A DNA stretch of 17,550 nt from Fidelibacterota bacterium (GCA_049975265.1 JBNGDF010000013.1:1-17550); one strand, 5' to 3'; positions 1 through 8,364 are shown, counted from the first letter of the stretch. Made by a program: numbers and translations. The notes: generated by a model from the sequence alone, not told the origin.

Positions 1-177
1 TAAATGACTGTTATTACAATATATTAAGTACTTTCTCAGGAAGCCCTAATTAGTAGCGCATAATCGACTATGGGTAAATGACTATTATAATTCCTGTAAC
101 CTGTGTACAAACCAGATAGAATTATCCTATCGTATCCTTGAAATCAATAAATAGCGGCATCCGGCTGTTACCGATAA

Positions 178-1050
178 CTAATTGCCGCGTACATCCAGAC
201 CCCAGTTCATTTTTGTCCGCAGAGTCTTGAAAAAGGTATCGCCTTTAAACCGAACAATCTTAAGTAAAAAATCGGCTTTTTGAATTGTAATATTGTCTGC
301 CCCGTTCAGAGGCACTCGATTTTGACCATCGATTATCAAAGAGACATCACTGTTCAGTTCATTACATTCAATTCGGATCACCTGATCACCCGATAAAATC
401 ACCGGTCTGGCGGATAAGCTATGTGGACAAATCGGCGAAATGGCAATAACATTCAGATGAGGAGAAATAATCGGTCCGCCGGCAGACAGTGAATAGGCAG
501 TCGATCCGGTCGGTGTAGCAACGATCAAGCCATCGGCGCGGTAAGTATTAAAGTAATCACCGTCAACATAGGTGCGGATTTTGATCATTGTCATCGTCCG
601 CCCTTTATCAATGACAAAATCGTTGAAAGCAAAACAGCTCCTGTTCTCTTCCCGAGCCTGAACCGTCGCACTGAGAACACTGCGCTCTTCGATCTTATAA
701 TCACCTTTCAGGAATGCCGACAGACGCTCCCGACAGTTTTCAATGTTGACGTCCGCCAGAAAACCGAGTCCGCCCAGATGAATTCCCAATACCGGTTTAC
801 TGGTTTTCGCCATCAGTCGGGAAGCGCCCAGAAAAGAACCGTCGCCACCGATACTAAACATGGCATCTACCACCCCGGGCATCTTTGCCGCATCCATATA
901 TTCCACCCGCCCATTCTCGATCTGAACAAAATCCCTGACCGATTCCGGCAGAAGAATCTGCTGTTTTTGGGAAATTAAAAAGGAAATAATTTCCGTCAAT
1001 GTCTCGGCAATTGTCGGATAATGGGGATGCAGATAAAGTCCGATAATCAT
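178..1050 (-). CDS. nadK: NAD(+) kinase
   Basis: 290 aa with GGDGSFL, G(G)LGFL, FND and ADGLIVATPTGSTAYSLSAGGPI motifs. ATG preceded by AGGAG at the end of xseB. Confidence 0.96.
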   Translation of the reverse strand: MIIGLYLHPHYPTIAETLTEIISFLISQKQQILLPESVRDFVQIENGRVEYMDAAKMPGVVDAMFSIGGDGSFLGASRLMAKTSKPVLGIHLGGLGFLADVNIENCRERLSAFLKGDYKIEERSVLSATVQAREENRSCFAFNDFVIDKGRTMTMIKIRTYVDGDYFNTYRADGLIVATPTGSTAYSLSAGGPIISPHLNVIAISPICPHSLSARPVILSGDQVIRIECNELNSDVSLIIDGQNRVPLNGADNITIQKADFLLKIVRFKGDTFFKTLRTKMNWGLDVRGN

Positions 1051-1052
1051 TG

Positions 1053-1277
1053 CTACTCCTGCAGGTCTTCCTCTGAATACTCTCCGCCCTTTTCAACCAG
1101 CACTTTGACCCGTTTCTCCAAAGCCGCCAGCTGCTTTTGGCACTCACCGGACAACTCCATCGCTTCCTCAAAGAGCGCGATGGATTTTTCCAGTTCCGGT
1201 TCACTGGACTCCAGCTGCGCCAAAATATCTTCCAGCCGTTTCAAAGAACTTTCCAGTGAAACACTCTTCTTTGGCAT
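1053..1277 (-). CDS. xseB: Exodeoxyribonuclease VII small subunit
   Basis: 74 aa (LESSLKRLEDILAQLE...LEKSIALFEEAMELSGECQKQLAALEKRV), directly downstream of xseA. AAAGGAG RBS. Confidence 0.95.
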   Translation of the reverse strand: MPKKSVSLESSLKRLEDILAQLESSEPELEKSIALFEEAMELSGECQKQLAALEKRVKVLVEKGGEYSEEDLQE

Positions 1278-1299
1278 ACATTTCTCCTTTTACTTCAGG

Positions 1300-2496
1300 T
1301 CAATCCACAGATGTGACTTCCGCATGAAAATCACCGTCCGACATTTCGACGCTGATATTCTTACCGGGAGCCACTTCAGAGACCGACCGGATCACCTTTT
1401 TTCCGGTGTCAGTATACACGATGGCATAACCGCGCTTCAAAATCTCTTTCGGATTCAGGGCACGCAGCGTACTGCGGTAATTTTCCAGGCGCAATTGTGT
1501 CTGATGGATGCGATGCAGGACGGCTATATTGATCTGCCGCTGAATCTCCAGCAAACTACGTCGGTAATCCCGCACGATCTTTTCCGGATTGTATTGGACG
1601 ATGCGCGCGTAGAGATGATCCAGATACTGCATTTTCTGATTTAGTAAATTCCGGATAATGTGACTAAATCGCTCCCGGTAGTGTTGGATTTTCTGCTCAA
1701 TCGCTTCTCTGTCAGGAACCGCTAGTTCAGCCGCGGCGGAGGGTGTCGGTGCCCGAAAGTCAGCCGCAAAATCTGACAGGGTAAAATCCACCTCGTGACC
1801 CACCGCACTGATAATCGGCAGATCGGAAGCCGCTACCGCCCGTACAACCTTTTCTTCGTTAAAAGCCCAGAGGTCTTCGATTGATCCGCCGCCGCGTCCA
1901 ATGATGATCAGATCGACATTTTTCAGCCGGTTAAATACCTGAATGCCTGCAATAATCGTATCGGCAGCCTGTTCGCCCTGCACCAGAGCGGGAAAAACGA
2001 GAATCTCCACCGCGGGATTCCGCCGCCCGCTGATCTCAATGATATCACGGATTGCGGCTCCGGTAATGCTGGTAACGACACCGATCCGTTTTGGAAAGTG
2101 TGGTATCGGCTTTTTTCGCTCCTCCGCAAAAAGCCCCTCCTTGTCCAGTTTCTGTTTTAATGCCTCAAACGCCATGAAGAGGCTGCCGAGTCCCGCCGCA
2201 CGCACCGACCTGACATTGATCTGATACTGGGATTGAGCCGGATAGGTGATAATTTCTCCGTAGACGATCACCCGCATTCCCGACGACAGATGAAACGGAA
2301 TGGTCGCGGCAATGTTGCGCCATAGCACGCAATGGATCAGCGCCTTTTCGTCCTTTAGTGAAAAATAGACATGACCGATCCGGCTGACCGAATAGTTGGA
2401 GATTTCGCCTTCCACCCAAACCGCCGGGAGAAACTGTTCAATCACCCGCTTCACTTCCCGGGAAATTTCAGAAACGCTGTATATTTTTTCTTCCAT
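1300..2496 (-). CDS. xseA: Exodeoxyribonuclease VII large subunit
   Basis: N-terminal OB fold (VWVEGEISN..GHVYFSLKD) plus IGVVTS..GAAIRD, RGGGSIEDLWAFNEE, SAVGHEVDFTLSDFAADFRAPTPSAAAE and ILKRGYA motifs. Confidence 0.97.
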   Translation of the reverse strand: MEEKIYSVSEISREVKRVIEQFLPAVWVEGEISNYSVSRIGHVYFSLKDEKALIHCVLWRNIAATIPFHLSSGMRVIVYGEIITYPAQSQYQINVRSVRAAGLGSLFMAFEALKQKLDKEGLFAEERKKPIPHFPKRIGVVTSITGAAIRDIIEISGRRNPAVEILVFPALVQGEQAADTIIAGIQVFNRLKNVDLIIIGRGGGSIEDLWAFNEEKVVRAVAASDLPIISAVGHEVDFTLSDFAADFRAPTPSAAAELAVPDREAIEQKIQHYRERFSHIIRNLLNQKMQYLDHLYARIVQYNPEKIVRDYRRSLLEIQRQINIAVLHRIHQTQLRLENYRSTLRALNPKEILKRGYAIVYTDTGKKVIRSVSEVAPGKNISVEMSDGDFHAEVTSVD

Positions 2497-2498
2497 TG

Positions 2499-2535
2499 AA
2501 AAAGAGTGGTGACGACCATTCCGCCCTCACCACTC
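2499..2535 (-). terminator. Putative intrinsic terminator between the bS22-like gene and xseA
   Basis: Minus strand GAGTGGTGA-N14-TCACCACTC (perfect 9-bp stem, arms 2527-2535 and 2504-2512) followed by TTTTT. Confidence 0.7.
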
Positions 2536-2557
2536 CCCAGTTAATTGCAGTGTTACC

Positions 2558-2653
2558 TTATTTGCCTTTTTTCTTGTGACGGTCTCTTCTTAACCGTTTC
2601 TTGCGCTTGTGTGTTGCAATCTTCCGCTTTTTTCGTTTTTTACCACAGGGCAT
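2558..2653 (-). CDS. Small basic 30S ribosomal protein bS22-like (AURKAIP1/COX24, mS38-related family)
   Basis: Translated by hand: MPCGKKRKKRKIATHKRKKRLRRDRHKKKGK* (31 aa). AAGGAG RBS about 9 nt upstream of ATG. Matches the recalled Bacteroidota bS22 pattern MP.GKKRK..K.ATHKRKKR.R..RHKKK. Too short for the ORF track. Confidence 0.9.
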   Translation of the reverse strand: MPCGKKRKKRKIATHKRKKRLRRDRHKKKGK

Positions 2654-2680
2654 ATTGACAATCTCCTTAGTCGAATCTCA

Positions 2681-2974
2681 TTACAAATTCAGGTTATAGC
2701 GCTGGTTAATGCTCTCTTTTAACAGTTTGGACGGTTTAAATACCGGTACAATCCTCTCGGGCAGGTGAATCTCTTCTCCGGTGCCCGGATTCCGTGCCTT
2801 CTTGGGTTTGCGGACTTTCAGACTGAAACTGCCGAAACCACGAAACTCCACCCGCTCACCACGCTGAAGCGAATCGGTGATCGTTGCCAAAAAGCCATCA
2901 ATAACGGCTTCGGTATCAACCTTCGTCAATCCGGTCGCACGTGATACAACGTCTACGATATCAGCTTTTGTCAC
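2681..2974 (-). CDS. HU/IHF family DNA-binding protein (IHF-beta-like)
   Basis: MTKADIV...GERVEFRGFGSF...ARNPGTGE...PVFKPSK. Start reassigned to GTG at 2974, because AAGGAGGT abuts the TTG at 2980 but lies 6 nt before the GTG. The RBS overlaps the sppA stop. Confidence 0.93.
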   Translation of the reverse strand: MTKADIVDVVSRATGLTKVDTEAVIDGFLATITDSLQRGERVEFRGFGSFSLKVRKPKKARNPGTGEEIHLPERIVPVFKPSKLLKESINQRYNLNL

Positions 2975-2986
2975 AGTCAAACCTCC

Positions 2987-3859
2987 TTATCTCCACAGAT
3001 AATTGAGAGTTGGAATGGGCGCAAACAGCGAAAACAGCTCATCAATCCCGGTAAACAGCAGGTCAAATAGCGTTTTTGACTTTTTCTGCGGAAAAACCAG
3101 TTTCGGTCTTCCATCAATCCCGGTCAGCTTCCCAATCATCATTACCGCATCCTCAAAGGTTCCCAGTGTATCAATTAATCCATACTCCAACGCCTGTGAA
3201 CCAGTAAATATACGTCCGTCAGCAATTTTTAACAATTTCTTTTTATCAATTTTGCGTTCCAGAGCAACCGCATTAACAAATTGATTATAAATATCTTGGA
3301 TAACTGTTTCCAGCTGGGCTTCATCTTCAGTGGTAAATTCCCGATAGGGTGAACCGACATCTTTATACTCACCACTTTTGATCGTTTCTACGGATAAACC
3401 GATTTTCGCAAGCAGTTCCACAGCCACCGGAAAATCCACGATCACACCAATACTACCGGTCACACTCGCCGGATTCGCTACGATTTCCGAAGCCCCCAGG
3501 GCTGCATAATAGCCTCCGGATGCGCCGACCGAAGCGATTGCCGCCACCACCGGTTTGCCCGCATCTCTGAAGCGCTTCACCTCCCGGTACAACTCCTGAA
3601 AAGCAGCCGAGCCGCCACCTGGCGAATCGATACGCAGAATCATTCCCTTAATGTTTGAATTCCGACGCTGCTCATTGATCTGAGTGGCAATCTTCTCCGC
3701 CGAGCCGATGACACCTTTGATATCAATAACGACGACATCACCCCGCGATAGTCCGGACGATTGCTGTCGGGACCAATTGACACTAGTGAAGGAACCGATA
3801 ATGATAATGCCAACAATTATCAGTACAACAATAGTTATATTGCGGTCCGATTTTTTCAA
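2987..3859 (-). CDS. sppA: Signal peptide peptidase SppA, short (36K) type, peptidase S49
   Basis: N-terminal TM helix; RIDSPGG, ASGGYY, TGSIGV, KSGEYKD, ADGRIFTG and GLIDTLG motifs. TTG start is somewhat uncertain. Confidence 0.93.
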   Translation of the reverse strand: MKKSDRNITIVVLIIVGIIIIGSFTSVNWSRQQSSGLSRGDVVVIDIKGVIGSAEKIATQINEQRRNSNIKGMILRIDSPGGGSAAFQELYREVKRFRDAGKPVVAAIASVGASGGYYAALGASEIVANPASVTGSIGVIVDFPVAVELLAKIGLSVETIKSGEYKDVGSPYREFTTEDEAQLETVIQDIYNQFVNAVALERKIDKKKLLKIADGRIFTGSQALEYGLIDTLGTFEDAVMMIGKLTGIDGRPKLVFPQKKSKTLFDLLFTGIDELFSLFAPIPTLNYLWR

Positions 3860-3865
3860 AATGGC

Positions 3866-5659
3866 TTAGCTTCCGGTGGATTTATAGATGACGATTTTCT
3901 GCCCCGGATAGATGAATCTTCGCCCGTACAGATTATTCCAGGATCGAACCCGGCTGAGTCCTACACCGTAGGCATCGGCAATTTCACTGAGGGTCTCGCC
4001 CCTTTTGACCACGTGAATGATTTTCGTCATCCCGGAAGGAGTAGAAGAATACTGAACTGTTTGGGACTTTTTTCCCGGAATCTTCAAACGCTGCCCCGGA
4101 TAGATATATCGCTTTCCGTAAAGATCGTTGAGCGAGCGGATTTTACTGACACCTACACCGTAACGCTCGCCAATTTCGCTGAGGGTTTCTCCTTTTCGAA
4201 CAACATGAGTAATCATATCCTGATCAGAAGATGCACTGGGAGCGGCGTAGTAATTACTGGTGGGAATCCGCAGAACCTGCCCAACTTTGATCTGATTTTT
4301 ATTGCGAATATTGTTGGCGGCAATCAGAGCCGATACACTGGTACCGTATTTCCGGGCGATATACGAGAGGGTCTGCCCTCTGCGCACACGATGAGTTGTC
4401 CATTGCGGTTTGGAATCTACCGAAGGCAATTCAGCCAATTTTTCTGCCAGCCCCGCGCCTTTCCCCACCGGCACTCTGAGGACGTAATTTTCCACATCGG
4501 GCGGCGTTATCCAGCGCCGTAATTCGGGATTGTATTCCTTTAAAACCGAGGACGAAATACCGCTGACCCGGGCAATGTCTTCAAATTCATAACAGCCGTT
4601 GATAATGACTTCATCCCATTGCCAGGTCTCTTTCGGATTGTTTTCGAATCCGTACTTCGCCGGATTCAGTGCAATGGTCATTCCCGCCATCAGCGTGGGG
4701 ATATAATTCCGCGTCTGCTTCGGCAGCGAGCGCAATTTCCAGTAATCCCGGGTGCCTTCCCGGCGAATCGCCCGCCAGACACGCAGCTCGCCGGTGTTAT
4801 AGGCAGCCAATGCCAGAAACCAGTCATCGAATTCTTCATACAGCTTCTTCAAATATTTAGCAGCCGCGTAAGTGGATTTTATCGGATCGCGACGCTCATC
4901 AATCCACCAGTTCCGTTTCAAACCATACAGGGCACCGGTGGAGGCGATAAACTGCCATTGACCGGCGGCGTGGGCATAGGAGTAGGCAATCGGGTTATAA
5001 CCGCTTTCAATCAGAGCCAGATAAAAAATCTCTTCCGGCAAGCCATAGTCCCTCAAAATGGGCATCATATGCGCTTTATACAATCCGGCATTATTCAACC
5101 ACTCCTGAAATCGATCATGTTCACGGGTCTGAAAATACTCAATAATTCTCTGAATCTGGCGGGAACTGACCAGCGGAAAATGTCCGGGACGGTCATCCAC
5201 AATGATCAACGTATCATGTCCAATAGCAACGGTATCCAGGATGGTTTCCATTAAATCATCCTTTACCAGCGCAATGCCATAGGTTCCGGAATCTCCATCG
5301 ATATAATTAAAATTTTCCTGATAATCGGAGGTTATTTTTTCATAAAAACGGCTGAAATCATCCTCCTGCAACAACGTCAGCGTATCCAGTTCACTGATTT
5401 CAGCCATGATCTCAAAACAGCGATCAAAACAATATTTGACCTCGGCGGTATCCTTAAAATGAGCGGCAATCAGGGCATCCATATAGAAGGTTTTTGCTTC
5501 GGCAAACATCAGATCGAAGAGTTCCGGTCGGTTATTTTCCTGATCAGTCCCGATTCCGTAAGTATCGATGCTCGTCGAGTCTTCCATATCCCGGGCAATC
5601 GTTCCGCTGAATAATATTACTATCGTGAATGTCAGTGAAATGTATTTTTTTAGTATCAT
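3866..5659 (-). CDS. mltD: MltD-like lytic murein transglycosylase with three C-terminal LysM domains
   Basis: Signal-peptide-like N-terminus; SLT motifs ALIESGY, AAGQWQF, DERRDP, LAAYNTG and LPKQTRNYIP; three LysM repeats. Confidence 0.88.
   Translation of the reverse strand: MILKKYISLTFTIVILFSGTIARDMEDSTSIDTYGIGTDQENNRPELFDLMFAEAKTFYMDALIAAHFKDTAEVKYCFDRCFEIMAEISELDTLTLLQEDDFSRFYEKITSDYQENFNYIDGDSGTYGIALVKDDLMETILDTVAIGHDTLIIVDDRPGHFPLVSSRQIQRIIEYFQTREHDRFQEWLNNAGLYKAHMMPILRDYGLPEEIFYLALIESGYNPIAYSYAHAAGQWQFIASTGALYGLKRNWWIDERRDPIKSTYAAAKYLKKLYEEFDDWFLALAAYNTGELRVWRAIRREGTRDYWKLRSLPKQTRNYIPTLMAGMTIALNPAKYGFENNPKETWQWDEVIINGCYEFEDIARVSGISSSVLKEYNPELRRWITPPDVENYVLRVPVGKGAGLAEKLAELPSVDSKPQWTTHRVRRGQTLSYIARKYGTSVSALIAANNIRNKNQIKVGQVLRIPTSNYYAAPSASSDQDMITHVVRKGETLSEIGERYGVGVSKIRSLNDLYGKRYIYPGQRLKIPGKKSQTVQYSSTPSGMTKIIHVVKRGETLSEIADAYGVGLSRVRSWNNLYGRRFIYPGQKIVIYKSTGS
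3887..4393 (-). repeat. Three 129-nt LysM-coding repeats (4265-4393, 4079-4207, 3887-4015)
   Basis: H.V..G.TLS.I...YG pattern three times. Repeats 2 and 3 share 28/43 residues (hand count). Confidence 0.9.
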
Positions 5660-5695
5660 AATCTTTCTTTTATACTATTTAATTTTTCAGGTCGA

Positions 5696-5724
5696 AACTT
5701 ATATTGAACAGATCACAATATCAA
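5696..5724 (-). promoter_or_regulatory. Putative sigma70 promoter for the mltD-sppA-HU-bS22 cluster
   Basis: TTGATA (5724-5719), 17-nt spacer, TAAGTT (5701-5696), in the 70-nt intergenic gap. Confidence 0.5.
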
Positions 5725-5729
5725 GGTGT

Positions 5730-6203
5730 TTATATTGAAATCCGGCGTATCTTCTCAATGATTTCACTCGTGGACTGACCCGGTACAAGGGGAATAACTT
5801 TAACTTCCGGAACAATATCAAAACCGACAATCTCCTCTTTGCGATAATCGCCTCCTTTTACCAGAACGTCCGGCTGGATTTCCCGCAGAATTCCGGCGGG
5901 AGTCTCTTCGTCAAAAAAGGTTACCCAGTCCACTGCCTGAAGCGCCGCTATCAGGCGCGCCCGGTCATTTTCAGATACAATCGGTCGCTGCGCCCCTTTG
6001 ATCCTCCGGACCGAAGCATCCGTATTCAAGGCAACAATCAAAACATCACCAAAAGATTTCGCCTGTTCCAATAGATCAATATGACCGGCATGCAAAAGGT
6101 CAAAACAGCCGTTGGTGAAGACAATCCGCTGTCCGTGTCTCCGGGCAATCTGCACCCGCTTTCCTATTTCCGTCCGGTTGACTATTTTCTTATCCGTAAG
6201 CAT
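5730..6203 (-). CDS. rfaE2: D-glycero-beta-D-manno-heptose 1-phosphate adenylyltransferase (stand-alone HldE domain II / RfaE2-like)
   Basis: VFTNGCFDLLHAGH (HxGH), LNTDASVRRIKG..RPI, PDVLVKGGDY and STSEII motifs. Start moved to ATG 6203, which follows GGAGG and overlaps the DUF2851 end by 14 nt. Confidence 0.88.
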   Translation of the reverse strand: MLTDKKIVNRTEIGKRVQIARRHGQRIVFTNGCFDLLHAGHIDLLEQAKSFGDVLIVALNTDASVRRIKGAQRPIVSENDRARLIAALQAVDWVTFFDEETPAGILREIQPDVLVKGGDYRKEEIVGFDIVPEVKVIPLVPGQSTSEIIEKIRRISI

Positions 6204-7542
6204 ATTCCTCCAACGGGCATAACTTACACAGCTTGAGATCACAAAAACCGTGATGGAGTTCAATTGCGCCCTGGATTAAATAATTTTTCGTAAAAAAACG
6301 CTCCGGCATCCGCTTATACACCTCCCAGCGCCTGAGGAACGCCGGAATCTCACCGCGGGGAATCTGGTAATTCCAGGCAACGATCCTGTTCATCAGTCCG
6401 ATGTCACTGGCAAGTGCCGCCAGCGTCCAACTGAACGGCAACAACAGATTGCTGAGCAGGTCCATGCTGCGACCGGTTCCCAGCAGGACTTTTCCCCGAC
6501 AGCCGCTCAGCAGCGGATGATTGCGCCACATCCCCGCCGGCTGTTGAAAATATTCCTTTACCCAATTCAGTAGCGTCCTAAAATCCCGATTCGTCATGAC
6601 AAGGTTGGACCAGAGCTGCGCCGGTTCACCAGGATAAAATTTGTGAAGAATTTGTGCCAGTGCCACCAATCGCCGGGTGGGAAAATTCGGTGGTCGGATG
6701 CCGGCAAAATGCCAGTTCAAATGGAGTGGCGTGCATTTATACTTTCGGGCGATTGTGTGCCAGATTTTCTTGATTCCGGAAAAATACTCAGGATTTCCCT
6801 GTAAATAGCTCCTATTCGTATCTTCGAGAAAACCCGCGGTTCCCAGGAGCAGCGCCTCAAGTGTAATGATCCGCTTCGACTCGCCTGTTTCATTCAGGAT
6901 GGAATAGACTTTTTGTATTCTCAGATGATCGGCTAAGGTCCTGAAGGACTTCCTGTTCTGACTGTAGCCCAGAACATCAAATATCAATCGGTAAAAGGTG
7001 TGATGAGCAGACCACTTCAGAATCGCTTTCTTTACAGCGGCACTCTTGCGCTGGAAACGAATACCGGCGTATTGCTGCAGGCAACTTTTTACACCTTCTG
7101 CATCCAGCCGGACCCAGGATTGACAGGGCAAACACAACACTTTATCCGCGGCACCGGCAGATATTATCAATACAGGAATGCGCTTACCCTCCTGCGTGCA
7201 GATTTCCGCATCACCCGTTACATTCATGACGACATGCAACACTACGCTATTATAGACCGGATCGACATCGTGCTTATGCCGGTACCAGTCGAAATTATCA
7301 ATATGGATTTCCACATCTCCCTCATGCAGAACACCATCGATAAAAATTTGCGCATCCCTAAAATCCGGTCCCTCAAAGATATTTCGCTGCCCGGGATCGA
7401 CAATGCTGATGGAGCGTCCGTCGACAGTAGCCAGATTATGCTGGGGAAATCGCTGGTATAGCCAGGCTTTGTACAGCGACTTCTCCAGTGGTTTATAGCC
7501 GGGTCGTTTTTCCGAAATGGTATTTAATTGACAATTGTACAT
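6190..7542 (-). CDS. DUF2851 family protein
   Basis: PGQRN..EGPDF, GDVEIH....DW..H.H..DP.YNSVVLHVV, LGYSQN, EALLLGTAGFL, W.F..IRPPNFPTRRL and QG.IELH..FC....C..CP match my recollection of DUF2851. Start position is uncertain. Confidence 0.85.
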   Translation of the reverse strand: MYNCQLNTISEKRPGYKPLEKSLYKAWLYQRFPQHNLATVDGRSISIVDPGQRNIFEGPDFRDAQIFIDGVLHEGDVEIHIDNFDWYRHKHDVDPVYNSVVLHVVMNVTGDAEICTQEGKRIPVLIISAGAADKVLCLPCQSWVRLDAEGVKSCLQQYAGIRFQRKSAAVKKAILKWSAHHTFYRLIFDVLGYSQNRKSFRTLADHLRIQKVYSILNETGESKRIITLEALLLGTAGFLEDTNRSYLQGNPEYFSGIKKIWHTIARKYKCTPLHLNWHFAGIRPPNFPTRRLVALAQILHKFYPGEPAQLWSNLVMTNRDFRTLLNWVKEYFQQPAGMWRNHPLLSGCRGKVLLGTGRSMDLLSNLLLPFSWTLAALASDIGLMNRIVAWNYQIPRGEIPAFLRRWEVYKRMPERFFTKNYLIQGAIELHHGFCDLKLCKLCPLEEYAYG

Positions 7543-7655
7543 GCCGTTACTTTACTAATTCATCCTCGTATGCAACCACAAATCCGCTAATTGTCATTAG
7601 AATTTAACCGCCGTAACGGTTTAATTCCACTGTAAAATTCCAGAAAGCAGATCAC

Positions 7656-8351
7656 TTAGATGGATTTTTCGTAGCGGTCTTTGTATCCGATCATCAGATT
7701 GCGAACATGCTGCAGGCACGTTTCGATTGTTTCGTACTGCTCGGTATAGACCGGTTTTTCAATGACAACCTTCACGACACCGGGGTAAATTCTGAACGAT
7801 TTATTGGGTATGCAATACCGTGATCCCATCAGGATTACCGGAATCAGCGGCAGTTTATGGGAGTGCGCCAACCGAAAGGCACCCTTTTTAAATGGCAGAA
7901 TCCGACCGCTGCTGCTACGGGTTCCTTCGGGGCTGACAATGATCGAGATGCTTCGCCGGATCAGTTTACCGGACACTTTTTCAATTGCCTGAAGCGCCTT
8001 TTGCCGGTTTTTTCGGTCAATCGGGATGTGCCCGCCCCACTTTAAGACCCAGCCGAAAAAGGGAAGCCGGAACAGCTCCTTTTTTGCCATAAATCGAACC
8101 GGGACTCTGGTCGCAGCGACAGCAACAGGGATATCCAATGCGCTTTCATGATTGATCACCAGAACAGAGGGTTCTCCCTTCGGCAGATGATTGCGTCCGC
8201 CGACCTCCAGACGGACACCTATCAGTACCAGAGCGACTCTGGACCAGATGATCATTATCAGGCTGTGTATTGGCAAAAATATCAGGGCAAATACTACACC
8301 GATGATCAGCCAAAGGAAAATCAGCGCAATTTTTACTGCATTGATAATCAT
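7656..8351 (-). CDS. plsC: 1-acyl-sn-glycerol-3-phosphate acyltransferase (PlsC family)
   Basis: NHESALD (HX4D), FMAKKELF, IPIDR, PEGTRS and FKKGAF motifs. Start set at ATG 8351 to avoid overlap with the aldolase (track start 8423). Confidence 0.88.
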   Translation of the reverse strand: MIINAVKIALIFLWLIIGVVFALIFLPIHSLIMIIWSRVALVLIGVRLEVGGRNHLPKGEPSVLVINHESALDIPVAVAATRVPVRFMAKKELFRLPFFGWVLKWGGHIPIDRKNRQKALQAIEKVSGKLIRRSISIIVSPEGTRSSSGRILPFKKGAFRLAHSHKLPLIPVILMGSRYCIPNKSFRIYPGVVKVVIEKPVYTEQYETIETCLQHVRNLMIGYKDRYEKSI

Positions 8352-8364
8352 TACCAATCTCGTA

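Noticed and set aside
1..177. Possible CRISPR array edge or small ORF after nadK
   Set aside because: Only two 14-nt repeat copies and no cas genes in the window. Minus-strand frames are interrupted by stops (for example ATG CGC TAC TAA).
1021..1644. Plus-strand 207-aa ORF
   Set aside because: Antisense to xseA/xseB; Ser-rich shadow translation with no family features.
178..2496. xseA-xseB-nadK without the ispA/dxs/tlyA genes that often lie between them
   Set aside because: Ordinary gene-order variation. xseB and nadK are only 2 nt apart, with no remnant suggesting a recent deletion.
3761..5254. Plus-strand ORFs of 253 aa (3761-4522) and 211 aa (4619-5254)
   Set aside because: Antisense shadows of the well-supported mltD-like gene, with no recognisable motifs.
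6204..6263. ORF-track N-terminal extension of the rfaE2-like gene
   Set aside because: Overlaps the conserved Cys-rich end of DUF2851. ATG 6203 has a GGAGG and gives a typical length.
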